Assembly: GCF_024521635.1 (NCBI RefSeq)
Contig: NW_026250418.1
Coordinates: 682,001-746,000, forward strand
DNA length: 64,000 nt
Direction: 5' to 3'
Origin: Tricharina praecox
Taxonomy: Eukaryota
Numbering within the stretch: the stretch's first letter is position 1; each line of letters begins with the position of its first letter. Below, in pieces: positions 23,167 to 37,514 of this stretch. Below the pieces are notes generated by a model. It made no database searches, was not told where the DNA came from, and worked only from the letters and a program-made list of their open reading frames with translations. The translations under genes were made by a program, and so were the position numbers.

Positions 23167-26100
23167 GAACAATTGGCGCAACAAGACATCATAGACTCCG
23201 ACCCTACGTTACTCCGCTATCCCATGCTACCGTATTCGTTGCACGTGTACTTATTGTAGCCCTTGGGTCATTACGCCTGGGGAGTACGGACGGGACTGGA
23301 TTGCAGCACGCAGTGCGTCCGGAGGCTAGGACTGGGACCGTCGAGGCAATTGTGGTGAGATACTAGCACCAATATACCTAATAGGTACATCATGCTCGAT
23401 AAGAGGCAGACAGATGGGGAGAATGCAATCGCAATCAACGATACCGGAAGAACATCGTCTACGAGTGATGCGTGTGCCGTGAATGCCATCACCAGCTTAT
23501 CTACCTGGGCACTACATACAATGCAAACTCTGCCTCATCATTGATTCGGTTGAGCAGCGAGCTATGCTTCGATGACGCTGAATCTGTCTTCTCACTCGAC
23601 CTACCAACCAGCCAACCAGCCAACCAGCCAATACCGCCACGCCCGTCCAAACCCAACAGTCTGGAACGGAAGATTTCCTTCGCTGATGGCACCGCCCGTA
23701 ACGCGAGTATTATGGTATGTTACATACATGGAAGGAATACGAACGGACTCGCCAGAGGAGGCTGCGATCGATCTCCACCCCTTGGCGCCCCATAGAGGGG
23801 GGTGAAGTAGAGAATGGTTCCTCGTAGGTATCCGCGAGCATACGGGGGAGCGTGTGGAGGCCGCAAGAGGACGTGGGTTGGTGGGTATGTATTGGGGGAA
23901 CCGCTCACGGTGGAGTGCGGCAGTGCGGCAGTGTCGCAGTGACGGAGGTCAACAGAGGTTTAGTGGAAAGTGTGAGACGTGAAATCTTCTCAAGTACATA
24001 CACGCGCAGGACAGAATCACGTGGAATACATATTACATAGCGCATGGATCCATCGTTTCAGTCAGGTCCGCCATGTAATCGCGTACATGCGCCGAGTGAT
24101 GGCGTGTGAATGTGTGTATCGTGGTAGGTGGTGGGTGGTGGGTGTGGTCAAGGGTTTAATAGCCGTGTCCGGGTCCATGTCTGTGGCTGCGTCTATGCAG
24201 CTGGCATGGCCGGTCGGTCGATCGATCACTACGGTGCGTGGTGATTGCGCCAGTCACAGATTATGAACCTACCGGTACCGTGGACGGGAACTGTACTGCG
24301 ATGGGGGCTCGCAGGACACATCCGTACCGATTCCAGGCTGTACTACTACTCGATATATTATCCAGTAATAGGTTTGGATTACGAGAGCCATAGCTGACTC
24401 CAGATGGTGCCGTGCCTACGGTATTGGACGACCCCAGCGTGAAGAAGGACTCAAGAGCACAGTTCGGCAGCCAAACCGACGTAGAGCTCACCGCTTGGCA
24501 AACATTTACCGGCCCGCACGACCTCAAGTACTAAGGGGCGTGAAGGAAGAGGCAGCTTGGCGTTATCAGTGAGCCCCGGAGAGAGGAGACCTTGTTGAGA
24601 CCTTGCTGGGACCTTGTACTTGGGGAGAGAGACCTTGCTGGGACCTGGTGGGACCTATGTGTTATGTAGAGCAGACCCGATGCGGACGGCAAACGTTGAA
24701 TTGTTTCTGTTGTCACTGTTTCTGTTCTGCCTGTCCGGGCTCCGTCTTTCTTTCTTCTCATCATCATCATCAGACCAACATTGCGCCATAGAGGACGCCG
24801 GTGAGATCGAGTCATTCGATCCATTATCATCATAGACGGTAGACCTCACCTTTCAATTGATCACGTTTTTGTCTCATCACGTTTTTGAGTCTCTCAGTAC
24901 TACTCCAGGAACTATACCTTCCACCGACCGCGATCACTCTTCACGACTCCGCCCGAGCACCTCCCCGTCCGAGCACGTTGGCGTACTCTACATACGCACT
25001 CGCCGGTGCTCTCCCCCCACCAACCGCCGCCGGGAATCCATCTAAGAACCACTATACCTACTAGTAGGTGGCCATGGAATTCCCGTATCCCGTACCCCCG
25101 GCCGGGGATCTCAATCGGATCGGAGAGTTCCTACGGGTATGTACTCTACCGTACTCCACCGTTCATACAATTCGCGCGGCCGGCTAACCCAGCACGGGGC
25201 AAGTGTGGGTGTCGAACGCTCACCGAAGAAGCTACCCTTTATACCGGGGAGGGGGGTTGGGACAACATCTCGAACATCTCGAACGAACGGACGGGTCCGA
25301 CTGGTGGGGCTGAGCCAAACCGCAATTTCCAGACCGGGGTGGTCAAAAGTCGGGACGCTCCGAAACTCGGAGGCAGGGACCGCAGTGTGCACAGGGGGGG
25401 CACGAGGTAGGGCAGTTCCTCGGTCCAGTTCGGCAATAGTGATCCTGCGGAACCCGATGGCTGAGGCTTGGGCCGTGCAGCCCCAGCTACACCTGGGTGC
25501 ACCGATGCTATTGGCGGAGTTTGGTTTCTGCGAGCGCGGCTCCAGCCTCTAGCCAACTAAGCGAGTCGCTACCATCCATCCACTGCTTCTGGGTAGAGGT
25601 TGACTAGTCCATTAGGTACCTAGTACTCACTAGTTAAAGCGGCGAGACGGTTGAAACTTGACGATGGTTCAGTGGTTTTCACTGTCACTGGCCGAGTGAG
25701 AGATGTTGAGTGGCGGCGATGGATGGGTGGGGGGACAACTCGACCGGCGTTCGAATTGCTGCTTGGCTTTCCTCTGCGAGGCGACGGACTCGGAGTCTGG
25801 TGCAGGACACGGCTTACATACAAGTCGATCGCGACGATGGCACAACCCCTGTCAACTCTATTACCCCGCAACCTTACTACTGCGGACGGCGGCCGAGGGG
25901 AGCTGTGGGACCGTTGCAGCGACGAACTTGCGCATCGTCCGCTAACCACCTATCTACCAGTACTATGGATACAGCGTCGTCACTATCGCGGTGCGAGGTG
26001 CGTGTGCCAGCCGGTCTGGGTATGTAGGTGTGTGTGCTGATGCTGTGGTGGTGGTGATGGTGGTGTGGTGGTGTGGTGGAGGTGTGGAGGTGTGGATCGC

Positions 26101-28056
26101 GAAGCAAGCCATGAACCCATCGGCAAGGCACTGACTCGACTGACCAGTAACCAAGTGGGTAGGTAGGCAGGCCACACAGCGGAACATAAAGGCAGCTTCG
26201 AATCCACACTCGATCAGCACGCGGTTTTTCGTCCGTTCTTCTTCGCCTTCTCTTCTCTCTCAAGTTTCCCGCTTGAGAATTGCGGTTCTGAAGCGAAGCG
26301 AGATGCCGCGGCGAATCTAGCTGGATGCAGCCTAGCCCGCCAGCCAGCCCACTTGGACGTCATGCATGCGCAACGCGACGAGTTCCGAAGCTCATGGGTG
26401 TCGCCGTCGGTGCTTCTCCACCAGTCGGTCAGTCGGTCAGCCAGCCAGCAAGCAAGCAGTGCACTACCGCCCCAAGCCGAGTGGATGGGCCTAGGAGGGG
26501 ATGGGACTACGAGTAGAAGCGGCACCAGCTCGAGTAAGCAGAGAAGGGAGATGGGAGATGGGACAAGGGACAAGGGAAAACAAGGAGGCGTGCACGGTAA
26601 TCGATAGCCGAGCGACAACCCACCCCAACCCGACCCATTCTCGTTCCACAGACCGTCCGGCCAGTCGCGCCCGAAGGCAGCCACCGCGCTTTCCCGAGCG
26701 AGCGAGCAAAGTAATCGTCCGTCGCCGAGAGCGTCTCAGTCCACTGCACGACGGGAAACGGAGAGCGAGCGCGGGGCCGCGGAATCCAAGGACCGACCGT
26801 CATCGCACCCCCAATACCCACCACCAGCCACGGTGCCCACATACACCAACACGCGGAATGGCGACGGCCGGCAACAACTCTGCGTCGTCGACGCTGCGAA
26901 CTAACTATCCACTCTGGGCACCCATCTCTCTCTGCCGAGGATGTGACAACGCGCTCGATTGTTTTCTTTATTTCAATTTCGGTTTCGATCCAACTGTTGG
27001 TCTTGATTCCGCGGATGTTTCGTTTGCTTGCTTGCTCGCAGTCTGTAATGATGCCGGTCCCGTCTTGCGCATATCCGCCGTGTGTGGGAGAAAGAGATGT
27101 GCCACGGCAGAAACCTCGTCGCATCGCTCTCGACGGTGTAACTTGACCGGACAACAGGTCTCAGTACGCAAGCACTTGAAAGTTGGCAGGCAAGCAAGGC
27201 AACCAGACAGATAGATACGGTAGATGGCTGTCAGCACCTACAGCACCATCCACCCCTCCATCCCACGCAGGGAAGCATCCCAAACAGGAATCCTTCACCC
27301 TTCCCGCATCCCATAATCTCCAACGAATCCCGCTCAATCAATCCACAACACAGAGGCATTTCGATTCCCCCCCCTCCTCTCCGGAAATAACTGGCGTTGC
27401 CGCAATCCCCGCACCTGGCAGCAAGTCCTCCACAGCCCCCCTCCAACCCCCATAACTGCCCGCAGAAACTAACTGCTCGCGTGCGTGCAGTGAGTGATTA
27501 AGTCCAAAAGTCCAGTCACGGTATACCTACTCACACCTACTCACTTACCTCCCCCCACGGCGTGGATCCGTCGATCCAACTTAACCCGGCATCCATCGGG
27601 CGTGGACGGCGGCTGGACATCTCGGGAACGCTTCCAGCTTGCGCCACACCTGTCGGGGATATGGCACCCATACCTACGTGCAATTGTCTACCTGCCCGGG
27701 ATAGTTATGGCACCCCATACGTGCAACAACCGTCTACCTGCCCACTAATCCGCCTACCCATTACTCCACCTACTACACACTACTCCACCTACCTACCCAG
27801 TGCCTACTCTACCCCCCCCCCCCCCTCCCCCCGTCCGTACGGTCCTAGTATCAGAGTCCATCCCCTGCTGCATATATAGCCCCTCACCTGCTCTCAGTCA
27901 TTCACCTATTTACTTCCTCCTCTCCCTCCTCCCTTCGTCCCTCGCCTCCTCCTCTTACTTATATATCTACTGCTCTCGTCTCGTCTGCGAATCGTTGTTT
28001 TGCCATTCTCTCCTCCAGATCTCCCACTCGTCCTTACATCTATAAAGCTTCCAGCC

Positions 28057-29364
28057 ATGTCAGCAGCAGCTCCTTCCCGTTCCGCGCGGCGCGGCGACTT
28101 CATGAGGAGCCCTCTAGTGGCGGCGGCGCTTCCCTTCGTCAACGGCGGTGCTGCCGGTATGATTGCGACTTCCATCATCCAGCCGGTGGACATGGTCAAG
28201 GTTTGTGGCCTTCTTTCCCGTTCGTTCGTTAGTTGGGACGGGACCACGGTCGGACGGTGCGGGGCAGCTGCACTCGGATTACGGGGTTGGCGTTTCCGCA
28301 CTGGTCCCACATGCGCGAACGATCATTGCCCAATCCAGCTCTGCTGCGTGTGCGGTGTGTGTTGCACGAACCACCGCTGACATGCCCGTCACTTCAGGTC
28401 CGTCTGCAACTGGCCGGTGAAGGTCTATCCGCCGCCGCCCGCCCCTCGCCCTTCACAATCACCCGTGATATCATCGCGCAAGGCCGCTTCCTCGATCTCT
28501 ACTCCGGTCTATCCGCGGGTCTCCTGCGACAAGCTGTGTAACCACTCCCACCCACATCGCGCTCATCACGCACATCACTCGCACGCCTTGCATACGGTAC
28601 GCTAACACTAGCGTCTACTATAGCTACACCACAGCTCGCATGGGGTTCTTCAGCACCTTCATGGGGAAATTCGGCACGAAAGCTAAAGCCGAGAACCGTT
28701 CCGTAACTTTCGCGGAGCGCTCGGGCGCCTCGCTCGCCGCTGGCGGTCTCGGCGCTATCCTCGGCAATCCCGCCGATCTCGCCCTGATCCGCATGCAATC
28801 CGACGGCATGCGCCCCGCTGCCGAGAGGAAGAACTACTCTTCCGTTGTCAATGCGCTCACCCGCATCGCAAAGGCCGAGGGCATCTTGGCCCTTTGGAAC
28901 GGCTGCATCCCTACCGTCGCCCGCGCTATGGCGCTGAACTTTGGACAGTTGGCCTTCTACTCGGAGACCAAAGCCCAACTGTCGGCTTACGGCGCGTTCG
29001 AGGGATACCGTGGACAGGAGGCATACCGTAACCTTGGCGCCAGTGCCGTCGCTGGTTTCTTTGCGTCCTTCTTCAGTCTGCCGTTCGACTTTGTCAAGAC
29101 CAGGCTGCAGAAACAGACCAAGGGACCGGATGGAAAGTTGCCGTATCGTGGAACCATGCATTGCGCGATGAAGGTTGCAAAGGAGGAGGGTCTGTTGAGG
29201 TTCTACAGGGGCTTCGGAACGTGAGTTGCCCTCGTGTTTTGTTATTACCTCGTGCCGATTACTGACGGACACACAGCTATTACGTGCGTATCGCACCGCA
29301 CGCCATGTTGACGGTGCTATTTGCGGACTGGTTCCTGCAATTGACCAAGTCGGGCAGCGTGTAA
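28057..29364 (+). CDS. Mitochondrial carrier, 2-oxoglutarate/malate (SLC25A11/DIC-type) subfamily, 4 exons
   Basis: Three PX[DE]XX[KR]X[RK]-type motifs (PVDMVKVR, PADLALIR, PFDFVKTR), plus LSAGLLRQAVYTTARMG and YYVRIAPH. Introns are 28201-28397, 28538-28623 and 29221-29276. Confidence 0.93.
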
Positions 29365-30437
29365 AAGTACCGTATGTACAAGAAGTATAGACTGGGTGGT
29401 AATGGCTGTGAAATATAGGAGGCCGGAAGTGGGGGGTGGGAGGATGAGATGGTTACGACGCGATATGACGAGCATTTTGTTTGGGACAGTTTTTGGGGAC
29501 TTTCTTTTTTTTCTTCTTTCTTTTCGTTCTTGGTTGCGTATCGTCTTGGTGCTGGGATTGGCTTTTGTATGTATGGGTGTAATTTCTTGCGATCGATCCA
29601 TCTTTCTTGACCGAGCGCCGGAGGCGCGTGAGCGAAATATGTACCTCGCACCGCATGTCGATCATGGGGTGATGTGTGCTATGGATGGGCGGGTGGAGCG
29701 GATAAACGTCGTGACGGCGAGACGGCTACCTACCGTGTGTTCCATTGAAACACGTTTACGGCACAATTCTGACCGTTGAAACGGGTGATGCGCGGTTAAA
29801 AAGAAAACATGACGAAGCAGTAGGCGGATGCACATTGCGCGAAACGACATGTGAAATAACGGCCTATCACGAAACGGAAGATGCGCGGGTCGGGCGGTGA
29901 CGTAGGTACGTAGCTAGCAGGCGACGACAGAGCTCAAGCTCGGGGTAAAGTAGTTGCGACGCTCACCACCGCACCGCACCACAGCACCACGGCTGGGGTC
30001 GGGGATACCTTTGTTTTTTTTTTACCCAGTAATCGCATGTGATCTCTACGAGTAGATCATGGCGATGACCTACACACATACTGGTAGTAGGTAGGGGAGC
30101 ACTCCGGGTCCACACCCTCCACTGTCCAGTCTAGCCAGAGTTTCATCGAGTAGATGGACCGATGTAGGGTAGATGCTTGATTTCTCTGATAGGTATGAAG
30201 GTATGAAGGCTGGGTTCTGTTGAAGCAGGCAGACATGGAGTACTAGGCAGTAAATATCACTCGTTTGACGAGTGAAATTCTATGACTATGATTGTGAATG
30301 ATACAAAGTAGCATACCTACCATGGTAGATTCCATTTACCGCATAGACGAGGACAGACGCGGTACTAGGCACTGTCTACTGGCTTCAGGGAATCCGCCAC
30401 CATATGCACATCTCTAGCCCCCAGTCATAATCTACAT

Positions 30438-33400
30438 CTACAATCCCAAAAGCTCCCAATCCGGCTCTTCATCCTCATCATCCTCATCCTCTTCTTCAGA
30501 TGCTGCCTCTTCCTGTGATGGTACTACGTCCATCTCGACGTCCGGAAGAAACCCTCCACCAGCCTCCTCCTCCTCCTTCTCTTCTTCGGGTATGGCACGT
30601 TCAGCGTCTGGCAAAAAGCCCTCGCCATCATCCAGGCCTGCGATGGATCCACTACCGCTGCTGCCATTAATGGGTGCTGGCTTGGTTGTTTGCAAGGGGT
30701 GGGCAGGCTCGCTGGGGCTGTCATTTTCTGGAATGAATCCACCGCCATCGTCTAGGCCTGCGATGGATCCACTGCTGTTGCTGGCATCGGTGGGAGCTGG
30801 CTGGGTTGTTGGTATGGGGTTGGCAGGCTCTGTGTGGCTGGCATCTTCTGGAATGAATCCACAGCCATAATCATCGTTCGGTAGGAATCCTCCTCGTCCT
30901 CCACTGCCATCTTCCTCTGGAACAAATTCACCACCGGCCCCCTGATCTGGTAAGAATCCTCCTCCCCCACTGCCATCTTCCTCTGGGATAAATCCACCAC
31001 CGCCATCTTCAACATCACCGTCTGCCAAAAAGCCACCGCCACCATACCCATCCTCCTCCTCTTCCGCTGACCTCATCAGCTTTTCACTCCCCTTCCTTGC
31101 AGTCTCCTGCGCAGTATTCGTTTCGTCGCCATCTGCCAAAAACCCGCCCTCTCCTTCCTCATCTTCAACCGCTCGCCTCATCCTTCTGCTCCTCCTTCTG
31201 AAAATCTCCTGAGCAATATCCTCTTCCTCATCAGTGTCTGCCAAAAAGCCACCCTCCTCCTGATCTTCGTCTTCTTCATCTTCATATTCGTTTTCGTCCG
31301 ACTGCACCCTCCGCTTGGCCTGGTTTCTTCTCTCCGGCTTCTCCCTCCTTTCTACACCGTCGGTCCTCAATCTCGCCACAGGGACCTCATCGTTCCCCAT
31401 CCCAAGTCTCTCCCTGATCCTCAACCTAAGCAGCCACCTCCTCCACAACCTCAGTGCCTCCAGTCCCCTTTGTCTCTCAACCTCCCTCTCGGCCTCCCAC
31501 TCCAGCCCCTCTACCACCGCCTCTACCGCGGCACCATACTCACTCGCCACGACCACGCCCTTAACCATCGGACTAGCCATGCGGTTCCTAAAATCAAAGC
31601 CCGCGACGGCGTCGACATAATCGATACCGAGGATTCGCGCGGCGTTGCGGGCATTAGTGTGGAGGATGTGGACACCACCTGCCGGCACCATCGAGGGAAC
31701 GAATACATCGAGGTTTCCGAAGCGATTCTTGGGGACGATGCCGTTTACGACTGGGGGCGGGGAGTAAAGCCTCGTTTGGGCGTGCGAGAACATCGGCTGG
31801 TGCGGTAGAGCTTCGTCTTCCCCCTCCTCCTCCCGACCACCTTCTCCTTTCCGCGCTCTCGCTCTCGCGGGCGTGAATTTTAACGGAATCTCGTTCTTCA
31901 GAACCTCGCGCCCGAGCTTGTACCACTGCTCTACGGTCTTTACTTCCTTCACGTCCTGCCGCCGGAACACGGTCTCGACCTTTCCTTTGCCGCTATTGAC
32001 AGTCCCCACTTTCCTCTCCGGACTGATAATCTGACCCCTCTTGAGATGTCTCTTCAGCGCAAAAATCGGATGGTCCTTAAAGTCTTGCACCGCCTTCGGC
32101 ATAGGCTCCTCCAATTGCAGCCTGGAAAACTCCGCACCCTCGAGCTGATCGCGATCTACTCTGTAGCCGCGATGGAAGTTCCGGCGGAGGAGACGGAGAA
32201 ACCATTTGTCACCTCTTTTGGTAGAGTGAACGCGGAAGCGTCGCGTACGTGCGGAGAGGAAGGTCGCGTAGCGGCGGGTTACGTCGATGATGTGGCCGGT
32301 GTCTTCGAAGGCGAGAGCATATGTGAGTGTGTTTAGGGGATCCGAGAGAGGGGGTTCGAGGAGGGCGGGTTTGGCCACGGTTTGCGTGACGAGCGGGTCC
32401 ACGGTTATCCAGCGTTGCGACGGGACCGACCAAGCTTCTATCCAGAATACGGGGTAATCGCTTTCGACGAGTTTTTGCTCTTCGGGTTTGGGCGGCGGGG
32501 CGCTGGGTTTTGTTGGGGCTACGTAAGGGGCGCGGAGAATAGGATCGGTGAGAGAGCTGATGCGCGGTGGAACCGTAGCGGAGGCGGAGACAACGGGAGC
32601 TTCTGGTTCCGAGGTGGTAGAGGAGACTATCGAGGCCGCTATTCGTGCCGGTGGGGACTTCTGTGTGAAGGTGAAAGGCAGGACCTGTAGGGAGCACACG
32701 AGGCGTGTCTCGATATCTGCTGAGCGTAGAAGTGCGCAGAAGAGTTGTGCGCCAAGGTCGCGAGACCCGGACAGCGTTGTGGACGCATGTATGAAGTCTG
32801 CTCTAGATATCAGCTCTGTGCCCAGCGGCGTCGACCACTGCGGAGTGTATAAGCCAACGGTCCAACATGAACAGACAGCGTGCAGGATACCTTTTCCAGA
32901 GCTTCAGATTCCATCCATTGTGCAGCCGTCAGGCCTCGCCGTGTGATCTTGAATTTCCTCCGAAATACAGTAACAGCCTCCTTAAGGCCATCGGTAAACA
33001 TCTTGGACCTGCGGAACTGCTGGTCTGTTGGATCATGGTGTAGCTTGTCATACACTTTGTCAGGAAGTAGCGGCCGTAAATTTTCCTGTACTTCCTCAAT
33101 ATTGCACCATCGATTCCGCAAATTTACGTGGGACAGCAGGCATAACAGGTGAAGTTTATGCGTTTCGAGACGAATCCTCCTATCCATCGCTGTGATCTTT
33201 CGGCGAGCCGTGGTATCAATATTTTTTGATGATGGTTCGGTGAGAATCAATTCCAACATCGCGGATTTTGGCTCCGGCACAGGTTCCGGATCCGGCTGCG
33301 ACTGTGAGTTCATAATATCTCGGAGATCGATAGCTTCCCGACATGTCAGTATCCAGGACTCGTTCACGGTACGGAAAAGAAACACACGCTTTGAACTCAG

Positions 33401-33769
33401 ACCCACATCCTCCCAGTCAATATCACTATCCTCGTCATCCTCGTCTTCGTCCGGGTGCTCGTCATCTGCTACCGTGACTCCAGGCACAGCCTCGGCGTTC
33501 AACGCCGGCATCACCTTTGCGTCGTTCACCTTTTCCACAACCTCTACCGGCGCCACCTCCATTTTCCTCCGCTTCGTGGCAGAAACATCCGATTCTTCGC
33601 CAGCGCGCGTCTTCTCCTCCTTGTCCGTCAAGAGCTCCAAAAACACCTCAGGCACCTCCGGCGCTGTCTCCTTTCTCCGACTGCGGGTGACGCGTGCTGA
33701 GGGCGAACCGGCCGTAGCTTTCCGCGGGGGAGTTTCCTTCGCGGCGGCGCGACGACGTTTCGGCGGCAT
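30438..33769 (-). CDS. RAD4: Nucleotide excision repair damage sensor Rad4/XPC
   Basis: ETHKLHLLCLL..RNRWCN, GSRDLGAQLFCALLR, FWIEAW..WITVDP, DVTRRY, DFKDHPIFALKRHL and the BHD3 motif PKNRFGNLDVFVPSMVPAGGVHI. There are two short introns (~33387-33335 and ~32891-32850). Confidence 0.95.
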
Positions 33770-34137
33770 TTTGGCGGTTCTGTGTGTGAAGCGGATAGTT
33801 GGCGGCGGCGGCGCGGGGCGAGAACTGGGAGCTGGGAGACGTGGAGGGATGACGTGAGTCACTAGTGTACGTGATATGGTGGTTACACAGCAGGTAATCT
33901 GCGGCTGGCTGGGGTCTGCGGGGCCTGGCGGACTTAAGTGACGTCAAGTCGTCGGGAGCGCTCTTGAACGGTGAAGGGGCGAATCACGAATAAAGTTATT
34001 TTGCTATCTAAAACATAATACTTGGCCTGGACGGCGCATAAATCATCCGAGTAAGAATTGGGTATCATTTCTGGATCCCGTCCTCATTCCCCTCACTAAA
34101 AATGTGAAAAAACAAAAATTATCGCCCCACCTCCCCC

Positions 34138-35400
34138 TCAATCAATCCTCTTCTTCTCTCCGTCCTTCCTGATCATGCGGGCGAAGATCTTATACGCCGC
34201 CGTCAGTCGAACCTTGAGGGTCTCCTCCGAGCGTTTCAGCGTCCGTACTCTGGCCCGAAGGGCCTTTCCGGAGCTGGAAAGCTCGGAAACCATTCCTCTC
34301 AGCATCCTGAGCTCTTCCTCAACCCCGCCTAGGAGGCAGGGGAACAGCTTGGCCGAGCGCGAGTGCTCGATCTGAAAGTCTTCCCACTTCCCTTGAAGCT
34401 CACAGCATGCCTTGAGCAGAAACGCTCTGGGCATGACTTTGTTCTTTTCCCACCTAGCCACCCTCTGCTCAGCCGGGAGCAGCTCTCGGGAATCCGGAAA
34501 CCCGAGTTTCAACCATCGGGTCTTGCCGAAGTAGGAACAGGTGCGGATTCCGATGAAGGCGTTCTTGTGGTGATCGGCCAGGCGGCGCTTCCCCTCGAAC
34601 GATAGCCACTCCGTGAGCTCTCCTCCCTCTGCATGCATGACCCAGATGTCCCAGAGGCCTCCGCGGAGGACCGTCATGGCGAAGTCGGTGTACATGGTGA
34701 TGCGTGACTGGCCGAGGCCAAGTGCCTCGGTGGGCATTAAGTCGTCATAGACGGCAGCGGCGGTGCGGTTCACAATCTTGGCGAGCTTAACGATGGATTT
34801 GACGGCCGTGAGGCCTCCATCGCGGAGCATCCTGTCGACCTCCTTGTAATCGAGTTCTTCGTCTAAGAAATAGTTAGAACCAAACTCGTAAATTTGCACT
34901 CGGACGGCAACGGCTTACCAACTACTTCGTATTCGGGATCCGGTGCTTTCTTGAGATCCGATTCGTACTCGTTCTCGCTCTTCTCCTCCCACCCTAAATT
35001 CAAGATTAGGAACGGCTCACATGTCCTCACTCGCAACAAGTTACTTACCGTAATCCATTTCCACTTCTCGCTTACTTCTACAGATCTCTCTCTGTCTCTC
35101 TCTCTCTTGCCATAGACTAGTATGGCCGCATCCGGAATAAATCGATGCTCTCACTCTCTCTCCCTTTTGCTGGGCAACATAAACCCTGAGAGCACACTCG
35201 TAGTGCTCCATAGTTCTTCCTCTTCCTCGGAGGATCGGGTCGGCCTTCAGGACCGCTCGGAAAATTCGCGCCTTGTTGCTGTTGAAAACGGCCCCCATGA
35301 ACTTGTTGGAGGAGGCGAGCGCAATTGCGTCTTTGAAGCTGTCGCAGCTCTTGAGGATGCTGTGGATTATTTCCACGGGGAGGGCATCGATGCTGCGCAT
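34138..35400 (-). CDS. F-box-like protein, multi-exon
   Basis: N-terminus MRSIDALPVEIIHSILKSCDSFKDAIALASS is F-box-like. A downstream 253-aa ORF ends in a coiled coil. Internal exon boundaries are approximate. Confidence 0.65.
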
Positions 35401-35507
35401 GGTTGCCGTATGTAGTAACAACTGTGAGTGCGGGCGTGGAAATGTGAAATCTTAATTGCTGTCGCAGGAGGTTGTGATGTAGGAAGATGGAATTGTGTAG
35501 AAAAACT

Positions 35508-35601
35508 AGAGGAAGAGGATGATGTGGAAGATGTAGAGGATGTCGAGGATGTCGAGGACGAGGAGGAGGAAGAAGAGGAGGAAGAGGAGGAGGAGGAGGA
35601 A
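35508..35601. repeat. GAG/GAT/GAA low-complexity tract upstream of the F-box gene
   Basis: Purine-rich triplet repeats, pyrimidine-rich on the F-box sense strand. Confidence 0.7.
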
Positions 35602-36700
35602 GGGAGTCAATTATTTATAAGTGGCGCTTCAAAATTTCGCCGCTAGTGACTCGTGAGACTGCCCAGCGTAAATAACAACAGCCATATATTCCCAGTGCAA
35701 GCTTGAATCGCTAGTTGCGGCTGCGGCTCCACGATTGCGGCAACTGCGTGATTCATCCTGGAGTTGACATCACCAAATCTCCATCGCGAGGGTCTCCGGA
35801 CACCCACCGACCGCTAATCACGATTCGCGGTGGTCCCTCGCGCTCAGGGTAGATTTTCGGATGGAAGAGTAGTAGGTACATTATGACAGTGCCTCCGATG
35901 ATTTTCGTCATTACTCGGACTGGACTGAGAGGTGCGTCCGTCTTGAGGCTTGTACTGGACTGGGCAGTTTGCGCGGCTGGTAAGACTAAACGGACGGTAG
36001 TCGACTACATATACTAGTACATTGGATGGAAATCGATATAAATCAGTGATGAAAGTTTTCTAGAGTCTGAGATCTCCATCTTCCATCAAGTTCCAGCAGC
36101 CATACCGATATGACTAGAACGTTCCTCAGTCAGGCCCGGCTTCTTTGCCAGAAATACATCTGGAACCGTAGAGCCTTCGTTAGCACCAAGGGTTTCATTT
36201 TCCACAGCTGTGTACGGGACCTGAATTTCGGGTACTTTATCAGAGGCTTGTCCGTCCGGCAGGGAGATCGAAAATGTTGAACGACGTTGACACTATAAGC
36301 GCCAACGACGTCTGGTAAGCGCTACTGGCGCGCCATCACCTATGAAGAGCCGCGAACGATCCCTGATCAGCTGGTGCGGATTTGTTCAGATTTGGGCATC
36401 AGATTTCGGACTTTAGGATTAACTGAAAAATACTTGGCCCCGTTCTGTAGCTCTACTACTGTGAGGAAAGCCTAATCACCCGTCCAAGGCCAACAGAATG
36501 TCGGTCGACACGAGGGTTAACCTTTAAGCACGTGACCACATAAAAGAGTACAAATCAGCTTTTCCGAATTAAGTACAAATCAGACCGGTCGACCGGCCAA
36601 CATAAATAAGAAAATTTAACCCGCTCATCGCTCCCTCCTTTTCCCTTAATTTTACCACGCTCGTGTCTCGCCCAAGAGAGTAATGCCATCCACAGAGCGT

Positions 36701-37514
36701 TTAACCACCAATCTTGTCGACGACCCACCGGGCGGCATCAGATCCATAGACCGCCGGATAGGTCAGATGCACCAGAAGGTCGTGTCCGGAGTCACAGAAT
36801 GGATCGCCTGAATCGCAATACGAGCGGAACTTTAAGGCCTGAGGCTCACACGATTGATCACTGAGGCGAGGGAACAGTCCCTGGTTGATGGCGGTGCCGA
36901 CGTGATAGGATTCACCGAAGGTGTAGCGGGGGTCGCCCATTTGAAGGACCGCGACGACTGTGTAGCGTTAGTGGGAGGATGACTGGACGGAGTTATCGAC
37001 ATATCATACCTCTATTACGTAGAGGCGTGTCCAAGGGAGGCGTCTTCTCGCCGAACTGGCCACCACCTCCGCCGCACATGGCATCGCCTGTTTTTATTCC
37101 AGTTAGAAATGATGTTCCACCTTTCGAGGTGTTGGCTATCTCAAGCTCACCGATGATCTGAGCGCCCTGGGAGTACCCTATGAGCACAATCTCCGTCTGT
37201 GGGCACCGTTGAGCAAACGCGGCAACCTGCCTCTTCACCGCGGCAGTTCCATTCGTCACAGAGAGGTCGTACGGGTCCAAAAGGGCGGGATAATCAATCG
37301 CTTCCTGGGTGATGTTCTGGTGGGAAGTGACCGCAATCGTCGCCGCGACGGTGATGATGATTCCCTCGCCTGGGGGTTCGATAGAGCCACGAGCAACGAT
37401 GAGGTGGGCATCACCACACGCGCTCTCACGATCTTCGAGCTCGGCTCGAGGAACCGCTAGTGCTAGTGAGGACATCGCGAGGAGGAGAACGGTCGGTTTC
37501 GAGATGATAGTCAT
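36701..37514 (-). CDS. Secreted cutinase/acetylxylan esterase (CE5), 3 exons
   Basis: Signal peptide, ARGSIEPPG, nucleophile motif GYSQG, MGDPR, CDSGDPFC (catalytic Asp) and HLTY (catalytic His). Introns are at ~37150-37089 and ~37009-36959. Confidence 0.92.

Noticed and set aside
29495..29504. GAAAGTCCCC (RNase MRP P4-like motif) on the minus strand
   Set aside because: It lies in the A/T-rich 3' UTR of the carrier gene, and no complementary P4 strand or other MRP structure was found.
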